Shown here piece by piece: positions 9,514-19,115 of a DNA stretch of 26,321 nt. The stretch is from IMG/VR virus record IMGVR_UViG_2671180458_000015; one strand, 5' to 3'. This stretch comes from a virus (Duplodnaviria > Heunggongvirae > Uroviricota > Caudoviricetes). Within the stretch, counting starts at the first letter, position 1. The number at the start of each line of letters is the position of its first letter. The position numbers and the translations under genes are program-made. Under the pieces are notes generated by a model. The model saw nothing but the letters and a program-made list of their open reading frames with translations. It made no database searches and had not been told where the DNA came from.

Positions 9514-10154
9514 TTCTCTGAATACCTCTCCCGTTTACTCAGTTGTTCAGGTATATGGTGAAGCAGTTCACCGTTGCCACAGTAAATGGCGGCATGATTC
9601 GGCACCGATGCGCCAAAGCAGCACAGCAGGATATCGCCTGCCTGTGCACAGGACGGAGACACCCGGTAAAAGCCGTTGTCTGCCAGGTTGTCCAGGTACA
9701 GGTTCTGACCGTTGCGCCACCAGTCATCCTCACGCACAAAATCCGGCAGCGTTATCCCCGCCAGATGGTATGCATCCCGGAACAGGGTGTAACAGTCCGT
9801 CACACCGTGTTCAAAGCGCCGTCCGGTCAGGTGCGGCACACAGCGGAACCGGTGAATTTCACCCCGGCAGACCAGCCACCAGGGCAGGGCACTCTTTATC
9901 TGCAGCCGCCGGTCCGCCTCGCTCAGCCAGGGCAGACCACCGGGATGACTGTGGACCAGCGCCACAATCTCCCCCTGCATCTGTGCCTGCAGCCAGTCTT
10001 CCGGTGTAATACGAAAATACGCCTCCGGCTCTGCGGAGATATTCACGCAGGGCTGGTACCGTTCGCCCTCCGGGGTGCTTATCACGAAGCCGCACGACTC
10101 CGCTGGCGCACACCGCCGGGCATGCGCCAGAATCGCTGATTCAGTCTGTGTCAT
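9411..10154 (-). CDS. K: Tail assembly protein K (MPN/JAMM plus NlpC/P60-like)
   Basis: From the internal Met (MTQTESAILAHARRCAPAESCGF…HSHPGG…) the ORF matches lambda gpK. The upstream extension to 10415 in the six-frame track overlaps L and is rejected. Confidence 0.9.
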   Translation of the reverse strand: MTQTESAILAHARRCAPAESCGFVISTPEGERYQPCVNISAEPEAYFRITPEDWLQAQMQGEIVALVHSHPGGLPWLSEADRRLQIKSALPWWLVCRGEIHRFRCVPHLTGRRFEHGVTDCYTLFRDAYHLAGITLPDFVREDDWWRNGQNLYLDNLADNGFYRVSPSCAQAGDILLCCFGASVPNHAAIYCGNGELLHHIPEQLSKRERYSEKWQRRTHSVWRHRHWSASAFTGIYNDLVAASACM

Positions 10155-10164
10155 AAACCGGGAT

Positions 10165-10863
10165 TTACTGCGAAAGTTTATTGATGGAAAGGAAACCGCC
10201 AAAATTGACCGCCATGCCGCGCATCTCACACCCGCGCATGCATTTACTGCATCTGTCCTTCCGGATATCCGTGGTAGGGTTGTCGAACTCATCCGCCACT
10301 GCCGGACCGTTATACCCGCACTCATCGCCCCGGTAATCCCACATACAGGTGTTCGCCAGCATGATGCGACCGGGAAACAGCGCACCGTCCGTCTCCGTCG
10401 GTGTCGCCAGCACAAACGAGGCCGTCATGGCCGTCAGCGATGACATCTGCTCCACCACCCACCGGTCCGTCAGCTCCTGCTCCGGGTCTGCCTCAGGATT
10501 GCCTGCCACAAAATTCACCGCATCCAGAAAACGCGCATACACCCGGCGACGGACCACCGTGGCACCCACCAGGCTCTGCAAATCCTCCGCCATCCCGGTG
10601 ACCAGCCCGAAAAGATTGGACACTGTCAGCGACGGGCGGGCACTGCTGCCCTTTCCGTTCATCTCAAAGCCGCTGCCCTCAATCGGGTACGCCTGATATT
10701 CACGCCCCTGCCAGGTCACTGGCTCCCCTTTTTCATTCAGCTCATTGCAGAAAAAATACCGCTCACCGCCCTGCACCGTCAGGTCGATTTCCCAGAGCAC
10801 CACCCGCGGTGACTGCTCTGACTTAACCGACTCGTTAAGACTTTCTTCGTGAATATCCTGCAT
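10165..10863 (-). CDS. L: Minor tail protein L
   Basis: 232 aa collinear with lambda gpL, including the C-terminal Cys cluster (CSKCMRGCEMRG). Confidence 0.93.
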   Translation of the reverse strand: MQDIHEESLNESVKSEQSPRVVLWEIDLTVQGGERYFFCNELNEKGEPVTWQGREYQAYPIEGSGFEMNGKGSSARPSLTVSNLFGLVTGMAEDLQSLVGATVVRRRVYARFLDAVNFVAGNPEADPEQELTDRWVVEQMSSLTAMTASFVLATPTETDGALFPGRIMLANTCMWDYRGDECGYNGPAVADEFDNPTTDIRKDRCSKCMRGCEMRGMAVNFGGFLSINKLSQ

Positions 10864-11192
10864 CAGTTCACCACCTGCTTAAACTCCGCGCTGAACTCAA
10901 CGCGCAACATCCCGACCCGCGCAGACCACCCGGCACAGGTCACCTTTATCTGCCGGTATGCATAGGGTGGCTTCCACAAAAATGCCTTCCAGCCCCCGTG
11001 CTCTGCCAGGAACGCTTCCAGATGCCGGGCCTCCTCCCGGGTCACGGAAAGCGTCACCCTGTATGTTTTCAGGTCAGCATTCAGCCCTGCCGCCATACGC
11101 TGTGAGTACCCGTCACCAAAACGCACTTCACGCACCGACGGCTGCGAGTTCACCTCCATATCCGGCTTCACTTTCCAGCGAAAGGTTTTCAT
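10863..11192 (-). CDS. M: Minor tail protein M
   Basis: 109 aa, MKTFRWKVKP…LRVEFSAEFKQVVN, nearly collinear with lambda gpM. Confidence 0.95.
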   Translation of the reverse strand: MKTFRWKVKPDMEVNSQPSVREVRFGDGYSQRMAAGLNADLKTYRVTLSVTREEARHLEAFLAEHGGWKAFLWKPPYAYRQIKVTCAGWSARVGMLRVEFSAEFKQVVN

Positions 11193-13783
11193 CGCCCGCT
11201 CCCTGATAACATACCGCCATCACGCAACTGCAGCCGGAGTTCATCCTGCGCCCCCTTGCGGGCCATGTCATACACCGCCTTCATCAGCTGCGGCCCCGCC
11301 TGTCCGTTGATACCGTCGTTCTGAATCACCACGTGATTGTTCTGATTAAAATTAATACCTTCCGCCCGCCGCATCTGCGCCGGACTTCCGGCACCACCCA
11401 CATAACCACCTTCCGCATAGCCGCGCATCAGGCGGTAAAGATTCCCCACACCTATCCGGCTGGTTGCCTCCTTCGTGAAGACAAACTCCCCGCGGTGAAC
11501 TATCCCCGCAGGCTCATATTTGCCGCCCGTCCCCGTAAATCCTCCGGTCGCGAAATGGAAGTTCGCCGCCGCAGCCTCAATGGCCGTCCCCGAGGAAGCA
11601 GATGCACCACCACCGAAAGCACCGCCAATGGCGCTGCCGATACTCCCGACAATCCCCACCATTGCCTGCTTAAGCAGAATTTCTGTCATCATGGACAGCA
11701 CGGAACGGGTGAAGCTGCGCCAGTTCTGCTCACTGCCGGTCAGCATCGCCGCCATATTCTGTGCAATACCATCAAAGGTCTGCGTGGCTGCACTTTTTAC
11801 CTGCGACATACTGTCCGTGGCGCTCTCTTCCCACTCACTCCAGCCGGACTTCAGGCCTGCCATCCAGTTCCCGCGAAGCTGGTCTTCAGCCGCCCAGGTC
11901 TTTTTCTGCTCTGACATGACGTTATTCAGCGCCAGCGGATTATCGCCATACTGTTCCTTCAGGCGCTGTTCCGTGGCTTCCCGTTCTGCCTGCCGGTCAG
12001 TCAGCCCCCGGCTTTTCGCATCCATGGCGGCCCGTTTTGCCCGTTGCTGCTGTGCGAATTTATCCGCCTGCTGCGCCAGCGCGTTCAGGCGCTCCTGATA
12101 CGTAACCTTGTCGCCAAGTGCAGCCAGCTGGCGTTTGTACTCCAGCGTCTCATCTTTATGCGCCAGCAGGGATTTCTCCTGTGCAGACAGCTGGCGACGT
12201 TGCGCCGCCTCCTCCAGTACCGCGAACTGACTCTCCGCCTTCCACAAATCCCGGCGCTGCTGGCTGATTTTCTCATTTGCTCCGGCATGCTTCTCCAGCG
12301 TCCGGAGTTCTGCCTGAAGCGTCAGCAGGGCAGCATGAGCACTGTCTTCCTGACGATCGCCCGCAGACACCTTCACGCCGGACTGTTTCGGCTTTTTCAG
12401 CGTCGCTTCATAATCCTTTTTCGCCGCCGCCATCAGCGTGTTGTAATCCGCCTGCAGGATTTTCCCGTCTTTCAGTGCCTTGTTCAGTTCTTCCTGACGG
12501 GCGGTATATTTCTCCAGCGGCGTCTGCAGCCGTTCGTAAGCCTTCTGCGCCTCTTCGGTATATTTCAGCCGTGACGCTTCGGTATCGCTCTGCTGCTGCG
12601 CATTTTTGTCCTGTTGAGTCTGCTGCTCAGCCTTCTTTCGGGCGGCTTCAAGCGCAAGACGGGCCTTTTCACGATCATCCCAGTAACGCGCCCGCGCTTC
12701 ATCGTTAACAAAATAATCATCCTTGCGCAGATTCCAGATGTCGTCTGCTTTCTTAAACGCAGCCTCTGCCTTAATCAGCATCTCCTGCGCGGTATCAGGA
12801 CGACCAATATCCAGCACCGCATCCCACATGGATTTGAATGCCCGCGCAGTCCTGTCTGCCCAGGTCTCCAGCGTGCCCATGTTCTCTTTCAGGCGGCGGG
12901 TCTGGTCATCAAACCCTTTCGTGGCGGCCTCGTTCGCCGCCTGCAATGCCCCGGCTTCATCGCCGGAACGCTGCAACTGAGCAACATACGCAATCTGCTC
13001 TGCCGTCACGTTACGGAACTGGCGTGCCATCGCAATCAGCCCCGACGTCGGGTCGGTGGTCAGTTTTCCGAAAGCCTCTGCAACCTTGTCCACCTCCACA
13101 CCGGAGGCAGACGCAAAACGCGCCACACTCTGGTTAATGGCATCAAACTGTTCACCACCACGCACACCGGCACTGACCAGGGCTGCCAGTGACTCTCCCG
13201 CCTGGTTAAACGTCAGCCCTGCCGCCTGCCCGGCTCTGGAGAGCGTCAGCATGCGCTCTGCCGTCAGTCCTGACTGATTACCGGAAAGAACCAGGGTTTT
13301 ATTAAACGCTGAAAGCGTGGAATCCCCCTGGTACCAGGCGTACGCCAGCGCACCGGTCGCCACCGCCAGCGAGGTGACCCCGACCATCGGCAGGCTGATC
13401 GCACCGGCAAGCCCCCGGAACATGGGGATCATCCCGCCGAATGAGTCCTTCACCTGACCGCCCTGTTGCAGCAGGATGAGCCAGGGATTCTGACCACCGG
13501 CAAGCTGCGTGGCCACGTCGGTGAACTGCATGGGTAGCATACGCATGGCCGCTTTATACTGCCCGACGGACATCCCGGCTTTTTGTGCAGCCAGGGCCTG
13601 ACGGCTCAGCCCCTGTTCAACGGCAGCGGCCTGTTTCTTAAAAGACTGGCTGACACGCCCGGCCATCAAATCCGCAAGGTCACTGGTTTCACCCAGTTCT
13701 TTCTTTACCCGTGCAGCCTCTTCAGAAAAACGGGTTGAATCCAGTGTAAGAACAGCTGTCAGATCGGCAAAATTACCCGCCAT
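11189..13783 (-). CDS. H: Tail tape measure protein H
   Basis: Collinear similarity to lambda gpH along its length. Start taken at 13783 (MAGNFADL…) because AGGAGG lies 8 nt upstream; the six-frame ORF begins at 13801. Confidence 0.95.
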   Translation of the reverse strand: MAGNFADLTAVLTLDSTRFSEEAARVKKELGETSDLADLMAGRVSQSFKKQAAAVEQGLSRQALAAQKAGMSVGQYKAAMRMLPMQFTDVATQLAGGQNPWLILLQQGGQVKDSFGGMIPMFRGLAGAISLPMVGVTSLAVATGALAYAWYQGDSTLSAFNKTLVLSGNQSGLTAERMLTLSRAGQAAGLTFNQAGESLAALVSAGVRGGEQFDAINQSVARFASASGVEVDKVAEAFGKLTTDPTSGLIAMARQFRNVTAEQIAYVAQLQRSGDEAGALQAANEAATKGFDDQTRRLKENMGTLETWADRTARAFKSMWDAVLDIGRPDTAQEMLIKAEAAFKKADDIWNLRKDDYFVNDEARARYWDDREKARLALEAARKKAEQQTQQDKNAQQQSDTEASRLKYTEEAQKAYERLQTPLEKYTARQEELNKALKDGKILQADYNTLMAAAKKDYEATLKKPKQSGVKVSAGDRQEDSAHAALLTLQAELRTLEKHAGANEKISQQRRDLWKAESQFAVLEEAAQRRQLSAQEKSLLAHKDETLEYKRQLAALGDKVTYQERLNALAQQADKFAQQQRAKRAAMDAKSRGLTDRQAEREATEQRLKEQYGDNPLALNNVMSEQKKTWAAEDQLRGNWMAGLKSGWSEWEESATDSMSQVKSAATQTFDGIAQNMAAMLTGSEQNWRSFTRSVLSMMTEILLKQAMVGIVGSIGSAIGGAFGGGASASSGTAIEAAAANFHFATGGFTGTGGKYEPAGIVHRGEFVFTKEATSRIGVGNLYRLMRGYAEGGYVGGAGSPAQMRRAEGINFNQNNHVVIQNDGINGQAGPQLMKAVYDMARKGAQDELRLQLRDGGMLSGSGR

Positions 13784-14635
13784 AGCGTACACCTCCTGCA
13801 ATTCCCTCAGACACCATCATCAGCATGGCTTCATCCTCTGTGCTGCTCCGCATGTCATCACTGACCGTAACGATTTCCTTCCCGTCAGCCCCAAAGCGGA
13901 CACCACCAGAAAGTCCTGCCGCTTTCCGCATCAGCATATCGTCCTCATCCGGCCTCTCCGTCTGCGCTTCCTCACGCCGGGGGACAAGCAGACTGAAATC
14001 CGAGGGATGCATATCCGGATCGCAAAAAAACAGGCTGAGTACGGCGTACGTCAGCCCGGAAAAATGCATATCCAGCTGAGTATCGTGAAAATAATGCGTG
14101 CGGTAAAAACGGTGCCAGTCGGCATATTCGGTGGATGTCATCCCGGCAAGCATGGCGCGCCAGTCGGGTCTCCCCATCTCACGCGCCAGTCTGAGGGCAA
14201 AGTTCAGCTCGCCGTCGAAGACTTTCCCGCAGAAAAATCATCATCAGTCAGCGCGTTATTTTTCGCCACTTCAGTAATATCAGTATCCGGACGAACAGCT
14301 TCGATCATCCCGGACAGGCACAACACAACGTCTTCCGCCCGGGCAATGGCATCGGCAGGCCAGGTGGTGAGCACTTCCTGCTCTATCTTCATCACGGCCT
14401 CATTCATTGACGGTGACGCCGTTTTCTGTGGATGGTTATGCCACAGGGACATCGCCACCAGAAACGCCCCGGTTCTGACAAGGTCCTCCACGCTCACCTG
14501 CAGGTTACCGCTGGCTTCAGCCTCTTCTGCCCGCCGTTTCAGGAGGGCAAGATGCTCAATACGCTGCAGCGCAGACAGCTCAGAAAGCGTGACAGACACA
14601 CCGTTATATTCAAATTGTTCTGTTTTCAGAAACAT
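13773..14635 (-). CDS. GT: Tail assembly chaperone G-T fusion, made by a programmed -1 ribosomal frameshift
   Basis: Slippery heptamer G GGA AAG at 14222..14228, in the zero frame of G (codons GCG GGA AAG = A-G-K) six codons before the G stop. The -1 frame continues GKVFDGELNFALRLAREMGRPDW… into the T ORF (13773..14177), as in lambda G/GT. Confidence 0.8.
14204..14635 (-). CDS. G: Tail assembly chaperone G
   Basis: 143 aa, MFLKTEQFEYNGVSVTLSELSALQRIEHLAL…, collinear with lambda gpG. Confidence 0.92.
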   Translation of the reverse strand: MFLKTEQFEYNGVSVTLSELSALQRIEHLALLKRRAEEAEASGNLQVSVEDLVRTGAFLVAMSLWHNHPQKTASPSMNEAVMKIEQEVLTTWPADAIARAEDVVLCLSGMIEAVRPDTDITEVAKNNALTDDDFSAGKSSTAS

Positions 14636-14654
14636 GCTTTATCACTCCCTCAGC

Positions 14655-15404
14655 TTAACCCGCTGCAACATCCGTGACGGTAATTTCCGCCACCGCCGCA
14701 AACTCACCATTGCCGGTGACCACAGGGATCTGTGCTTTACCTGCCGCAACACCTTTCACCGTGATCGTGTTCCCCTTCACGGTAATGGTGGCGAAATTCT
14801 GATTCGCTGAGGTTGCGCGGAACGTTTTATCCGTCGCGCCTTCCGGCTGAACGGCCACGGTCAGGGTGATATTCTGACCTTTTGCCACATTGCCCGTTGG
14901 TGGCGTCACGGTAATACCGGTGACCGGTGTGATGTCCCCCTGATCTTCCGCCAGCGACGGACGACCGATATTGGTGATTTTTACCGTACGGGTGATCACC
15001 TCTTTGGCGGTCACCGCTTTACCAATGGCGCTCACCCAGCCACGGAACACATCCACCGTACCGTTCGGGAAGAGAATTTTGTAGGCCCGGGTCTCACTGC
15101 TGTCAAACCAGGCAATCAAATCGCGCTGCCCTTTCTCACCCGGCTTCCAGGCCAGCGTAAAACTGGTGTCACCGGCAGATTTCTGCCCCTGCCCGGTGGA
15201 TACCCAGTCAGCATCCTCATCATCCAGATAGTTATCATCGTAGGATTCCGCCGTCATCTCGCCGGGGGTCAGATCCTTCACCTTCGCCAGTCGCTGCCAG
15301 TCATCGTCTGACAACGGGTTTGCATAAGCATCACCAGTGCCGGTGTACACCCACAGTGTGGTACCGGAACCTTTCACCGGCTCAAGAGGATTTGGTGTTG
15401 CCAT
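14655..15404 (-). CDS. V: Major tail protein V (with C-terminal Ig-like domain)
   Basis: 249 aa collinear with lambda gpV (…[36 protein letters not shown]…[14 protein letters not shown]…). Confidence 0.95.
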   Translation of the reverse strand: MATPNPLEPVKGSGTTLWVYTGTGDAYANPLSDDDWQRLAKVKDLTPGEMTAESYDDNYLDDEDADWVSTGQGQKSAGDTSFTLAWKPGEKGQRDLIAWFDSSETRAYKILFPNGTVDVFRGWVSAIGKAVTAKEVITRTVKITNIGRPSLAEDQGDITPVTGITVTPPTGNVAKGQNITLTVAVQPEGATDKTFRATSANQNFATITVKGNTITVKGVAAGKAQIPVVTGNGEFAAVAEITVTDVAAG

Positions 15405-15411
15405 ATCGTCC

Positions 15412-15810
15412 TCACATCTCGTAGGTAATTTTCCACAGGAGATCTGCCGATCCCCACATCATAAACTCATCATCCCGGCGGTAGTCATACCCCTGAAGAT
15501 TCATCTTCAGCAGTAATGCACTGAGCCCGGGAACTGCCTCCAGCGCAGGAAGAATTTTTTCTTCCATCCACATATCCAGTGCCGAGTCCGGTTCTTTTGC
15601 CCTGAGAAAAACCTCAATATGCAGTGTCGCCTCCCAGGTTCCCTCATCAACGAACTCGTCAGCAGCAGACGCATCTGTCAGGTAAACAGCAACAGCAGGC
15701 AGTTCCTGTTCATCAATAAAAACCGGACGACCGTCAAACCAGCTCACCCTCTCAGAAATATTTTCTTTCAGGGCAGACAGAACTGCCGCCCGTATTTCAC
15801 GGTGTTTCAT
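15412..15810 (-). CDS. U: Tail terminator protein U
   Basis: 132 aa, [11 protein letters not shown]…GYDYRRDD…ITYEM, collinear with lambda gpU. Confidence 0.95.
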   Translation of the reverse strand: MKHREIRAAVLSALKENISERVSWFDGRPVFIDEQELPAVAVYLTDASAADEFVDEGTWEATLHIEVFLRAKEPDSALDMWMEEKILPALEAVPGLSALLLKMNLQGYDYRRDDEFMMWGSADLLWKITYEM

Positions 15811-15822
15811 ACACCCTCCCTG

Positions 15823-16452
15823 TCATTTTCGTTTCAGCACCAGGCGTAACTGATGCGCCATGGCCGTCATCATCTGCGCCGGTAATTTTTCCCGGTACAT
15901 CCGGTCCCGTTCACGTTCAAAGGTTTCTGCCAGCGGTCCGGCAGTCGGAATCTTCACCACTTCGATCGGCAGACGGTGGCGTTTCGGCCTCCCTTTGCTG
16001 TCCGCGCCGGTGGACGATGATGCCCACGGCATACGCTGCATCACATGCCAGCGTCCGTTAGCCAGCCGGGTGATAAAGGCGTCCGGGATCCGTCTTTTCC
16101 CCACAATCAGCACACTGCCGCCCCCTTTCAGGGCCGCACGCTGTCCTTTCTTTCTCCGTTTTCTGCGGGAAAGTCGAACGCGGGCCTCCCCCAGTTTGAT
16201 GGCGGGCAGGTTGCCGGTATTGATGTAAACCTTTGCGTAAACCTTATCCGGTCGTGCCGGACTTAACCGGATGCGGGCACGGATAAGACGACGGGGAACG
16301 GCCAGCTCCCTGGCAACTGAAGAGGCCGTTTTCGCAATAATGGCCCCCGCCACGCGGTTCAGTGTCGTGGCAGAGGCCCGGGGAACGGCACGGCGATCAA
16401 TTGCATCCAGATTTTTCATGGCCTGCGCCAGACCTTTTATTGCCATACTCAT
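15823..16452 (-). CDS. Z: Tail completion protein Z
   Basis: 209 aa, MAIKGL…LSRRKRRKKGQRAALKGGGSVLIVGKRRIP…NGRWHVMQR…, collinear with lambda gpZ. Confidence 0.93.
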   Translation of the reverse strand: MSMAIKGLAQAMKNLDAIDRRAVPRASATTLNRVAGAIIAKTASSVARELAVPRRLIRARIRLSPARPDKVYAKVYINTGNLPAIKLGEARVRLSRRKRRKKGQRAALKGGGSVLIVGKRRIPDAFITRLANGRWHVMQRMPWASSSTGADSKGRPKRHRLPIEVVKIPTAGPLAETFERERDRMYREKLPAQMMTAMAHQLRLVLKRK

Positions 16453-16730
16453 TCCTGTTCGACAAAAATCCGGGGTTTACCGTTGTACGTGTCATAACGG
16501 GTCACCGTCAGTGTGCGCCCCGCAAACACAACAACATCATGACGGGCCGGACGGTACCGGGCTGAAAACACCACCAGTGACAACTGGCTGCCCGAAAGCG
16601 CCCCCATCTCCGCGGACTCTTCCTCCGGCATCACGTCGTACACGACGCCGTTAATCTCCGCCTGTTTGCCCATCATCCGAACGGTCGCCACGTCCATCCG
16701 GCAACACATTCGCGTAAACAGATCAGACAT
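16449..16730 (-). CDS. Head-tail joining protein, lambda gpFII-like (candidate)
   Basis: 93 aa; position between the head genes and Z, and a motif pattern reminiscent of gpFII (G…I.GV.D…SL.V…GD.L.V.RV…). Weak similarity, motif-level only. Confidence 0.5.
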   Translation of the reverse strand: MSDLFTRMCCRMDVATVRMMGKQAEINGVVYDVMPEEESAEMGALSGSQLSLVVFSARYRPARHDVVVFAGRTLTVTRYDTYNGKPRIFVEQE

Positions 16731-17049
16731 TGATTTTTACCGCCACAGTGGCGCTGTTTGCAGGAGCATTTTCCCAGGCTACTCCCGCTGCCACCGCACC
16801 GTCTGCAGCCAGCTGCACAACCCCGTCCTTCAGATAAACCACCGCGCCGGACTGAATGTCGTCAGCAGACTGTTTGGGCAGCAGGAACACGCCTTCGGCA
16901 AAACCGTCACCGGCCTCACCGGCAGGAATATCGGTAATGGCCACGGCCACCATACTGCCGACCACCACCGCAGCACCGCTCAGGATGGTCTGATCTCCGG
17001 CATTCACCAGTTCAATGGTGGTACCGTCCTGTACAAAATTTTTCGCCAT
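16723..17049 (-). CDS. Small Gly/Ala/Val-rich head protein, DUF2190-like (decoration/cement candidate)
   Basis: 108 aa, MAKNFVQDGTTIELVNAGDQ…, directly downstream of the capsid gene; composition and length fit the DUF2190 family. GGAGAAA RBS. Confidence 0.5.
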   Translation of the reverse strand: MAKNFVQDGTTIELVNAGDQTILSGAAVVVGSMVAVAITDIPAGEAGDGFAEGVFLLPKQSADDIQSGAVVYLKDGVVQLAADGAVAAGVAWENAPANSATVAVKINV

Positions 17050-17135
17050 AATGCTGTTTCTCCGGACAGCCCCTGTGGGGCTGTTTTTCAGGCATAAAAA
17101 AGCCCTTTCGGGCAGTGATTGTGATAACGCGGTTA

Positions 17136-19115
17136 TCAGGCCACCGACGAACGCACCAGCCCGCGCCAGTCAAGTGGTGCCACTCCGGCATCAATACGGA
17201 TTTTTGTGGCAATACCGTCAGTGGTGAAACCTTCCTGCTGATCAATGTATGGCGTGTCCACACCATCCAGCCAGGCCACTTCAATGGTGTCAGTGCCCTG
17301 TGCCGCCGCCAGATACCAGGTTTTCGGATCTGCCGCATCAAGACGCGCTTCTGCAATCACCTCAGCAAAGTTCTGGATGGGGTTAATGACACCGGCGTTT
17401 GCATCCGCCCCTTTCACACTGGCCGATTTGATGGTCTGGTTCGCCACCGTCTCCAGTGCCACCGGTACCAGCATAAAGGCCGGACGGATATTCAGGGCGC
17501 GATCGCCTTCTTTCTGCAGGCGCATCATCTGACGGGCCGCATCCAGTCCGGAAACGGAGATCCCCCCGGTGGCAATATTTTTGTGATCGGCATGGAACAG
17601 CGCCTTACCGTCAGACAGTTTCGGGTTATCCGTCAGCACCTTGTAGACCAGGTCACCAATCGTTGCCTTCGCCGCACGCCCCATCTTCATCGGCACGTCC
17701 ACCAGCATATTCAGATCATCATTGATAATGGCCTGGCGGGTGATGGAGAAAATCTCCCCGTAAGTGGCCAGTGCAATGGTCTCCTTGCGATCTGAGGTGG
17801 TGATGTATTTATACTCCGCCCCCTCACGAACCTGGCGCAGAGAACCAAAACCGCCCATCCCCACGCGATACGCTGTTTTGAAGTCTGACAGGCGTCCCTT
17901 ACGGGTCCACTTCTGGAAGGTTTCTTCTGATTCCTCCCAGCCCTGGATCAGCCCCTTGTTCGACACATCCAGCAGAATATTGCCAAAATCAGAGGTGCTG
18001 TGCGTCAGCGCCAGCCCGACCATCTGCATGGGGTTATAACTGGCCACCCCAATACCGCGCTCCGTCAGTGACATGCGAGCCCATTCACGCAGGGTCATCC
18101 CGTTATAGGCGTTATCCTTCTCGACATTTTCAAATCCGGCACGGGCCAGCATCGCCTGGCGGATCCCGTCCCCCACAAAATTGCCGTTTCCGGCATAAAT
18201 ATGGGCCGGTGTGTTTTTGTTGGTCGGCGAGGACTCCTTGCCCATTTCATTCAGCAGACGTTCACGGGCCATTTCCAGCGAACAGTCAGGATCAGCCACG
18301 CACTGTGCCTGAAGCGTCTGATAGCGACCGCCGAACATGGCAAACAGATCGTTAATGCCTGACATGCGTGCTTTCTGCTCAGCCATAACGCGGGCGCGAA
18401 TGGTCGCCTCATCAGACACTGCTGGTACCGGTGATGGTTCTGTTACCGCCGGTGCAGGGATTGTCACTGTGGTATCACGCGGGGCACTGTTGCGTGGCGG
18501 AGTAATCATGTTTCGGATGGATTCCGGCATCTTTTTAAATTCCTCTGTACGTTTTGACTGAATACATGCCATTGCCTCAACAGCGGGTGTCACCTGGTCA
18601 GCAAATCCGTGTGCCAGACATTCGGCACCGGACATCCAGGTTTCATCCGCCAGCATGGCGGCAATTTCATCGGTGGTTTTTCCGGTTTTCTGCGCATAGG
18701 CTGGCAACAGTACCGATTCGACTTTATCCAGCAAATCAGCATAACTGCGCATATCCTCAGCATCCCCGCCACTGAATCCCCATGGCTTATGGATCATCAT
18801 GAAGGCATTTTCCGGCATAATGACCGTATCACCGGCCATCGCAATCACAGATGCCATCGAGGCGGCAACGCCATCCACATACACGGTAATGGTCGCCCCC
18901 TGATTTTTCAGGGAATTAAAAATGGCGATGCCTTCAAAGACATCGCCACCCGGTGAGTTGATGTGGAGATTAATGTGGGTGATATCACCCAGAGCATTCA
19001 GTTCGCTGACAAACTGCTTCGCGGTAACTCCCCAGAAACCAATCTCGTCATAAATATAAATATCCGCGTCACCCGGCCCCCCAGCCTGCATCCTGAACCA
19101 GGATTTATTCTTCAT
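17136..19115 (-). CDS. Fused ClpP/S49-like prohead protease and HK97-fold major capsid protein
   Basis: N-terminal portion has ClpP-like motifs (IYIYDEIGFWG…INSPGGDVFEGIAIFNSLK…SMASVIAMAGD…MIHKPW). The C-terminal ~380 aa looks like a major capsid protein. The six-frame ORF (to 19307) overlaps the portal gene; start proposed at the ATG at 19115 (MKNKSWF…), which gives a typical protease N-terminus. Confidence 0.75.
   Translation of the reverse strand: MKNKSWFRMQAGGPGDADIYIYDEIGFWGVTAKQFVSELNALGDITHINLHINSPGGDVFEGIAIFNSLKNQGATITVYVDGVAASMASVIAMAGDTVIMPENAFMMIHKPWGFSGGDAEDMRSYADLLDKVESVLLPAYAQKTGKTTDEIAAMLADETWMSGAECLAHGFADQVTPAVEAMACIQSKRTEEFKKMPESIRNMITPPRNSAPRDTTVTIPAPAVTEPSPVPAVSDEATIRARVMAEQKARMSGINDLFAMFGGRYQTLQAQCVADPDCSLEMARERLLNEMGKESSPTNKNTPAHIYAGNGNFVGDGIRQAMLARAGFENVEKDNAYNGMTLREWARMSLTERGIGVASYNPMQMVGLALTHSTSDFGNILLDVSNKGLIQGWEESEETFQKWTRKGRLSDFKTAYRVGMGGFGSLRQVREGAEYKYITTSDRKETIALATYGEIFSITRQAIINDDLNMLVDVPMKMGRAAKATIGDLVYKVLTDNPKLSDGKALFHADHKNIATGGISVSGLDAARQMMRLQKEGDRALNIRPAFMLVPVALETVANQTIKSASVKGADANAGVINPIQNFAEVIAEARLDAADPKTWYLAAAQGTDTIEVAWLDGVDTPYIDQQEGFTTDGIATKIRIDAGVAPLDWRGLVRSSVA

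Noticed and set aside
9411-10415. 334-aa extended version of the K ORF
   Set aside because: The upstream 87 codons overlap the 3' end of L in another frame and match nothing; the lambda K-like sequence begins at the internal Met (start 10154).
11333-13277. Series of plus-strand ORFs of 170-190 aa (11333..11914, 11520..12098, 12044..12574, 12614..13192 and others)
   Set aside because: Antisense to the tape measure gene H; Arg/Leu/Pro-rich low-complexity translations typical of antisense frames.
14007-14810. 267-aa plus-strand ORF
   Set aside because: Antisense to G/T and the start of V, which are strongly supported lambda homologs.
17012-17356. 114-aa minus-strand ORF overlapping the capsid 3' end and the downstream head gene
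   Set aside because: Overlaps two well-supported genes out of frame; basic, low-complexity translation.
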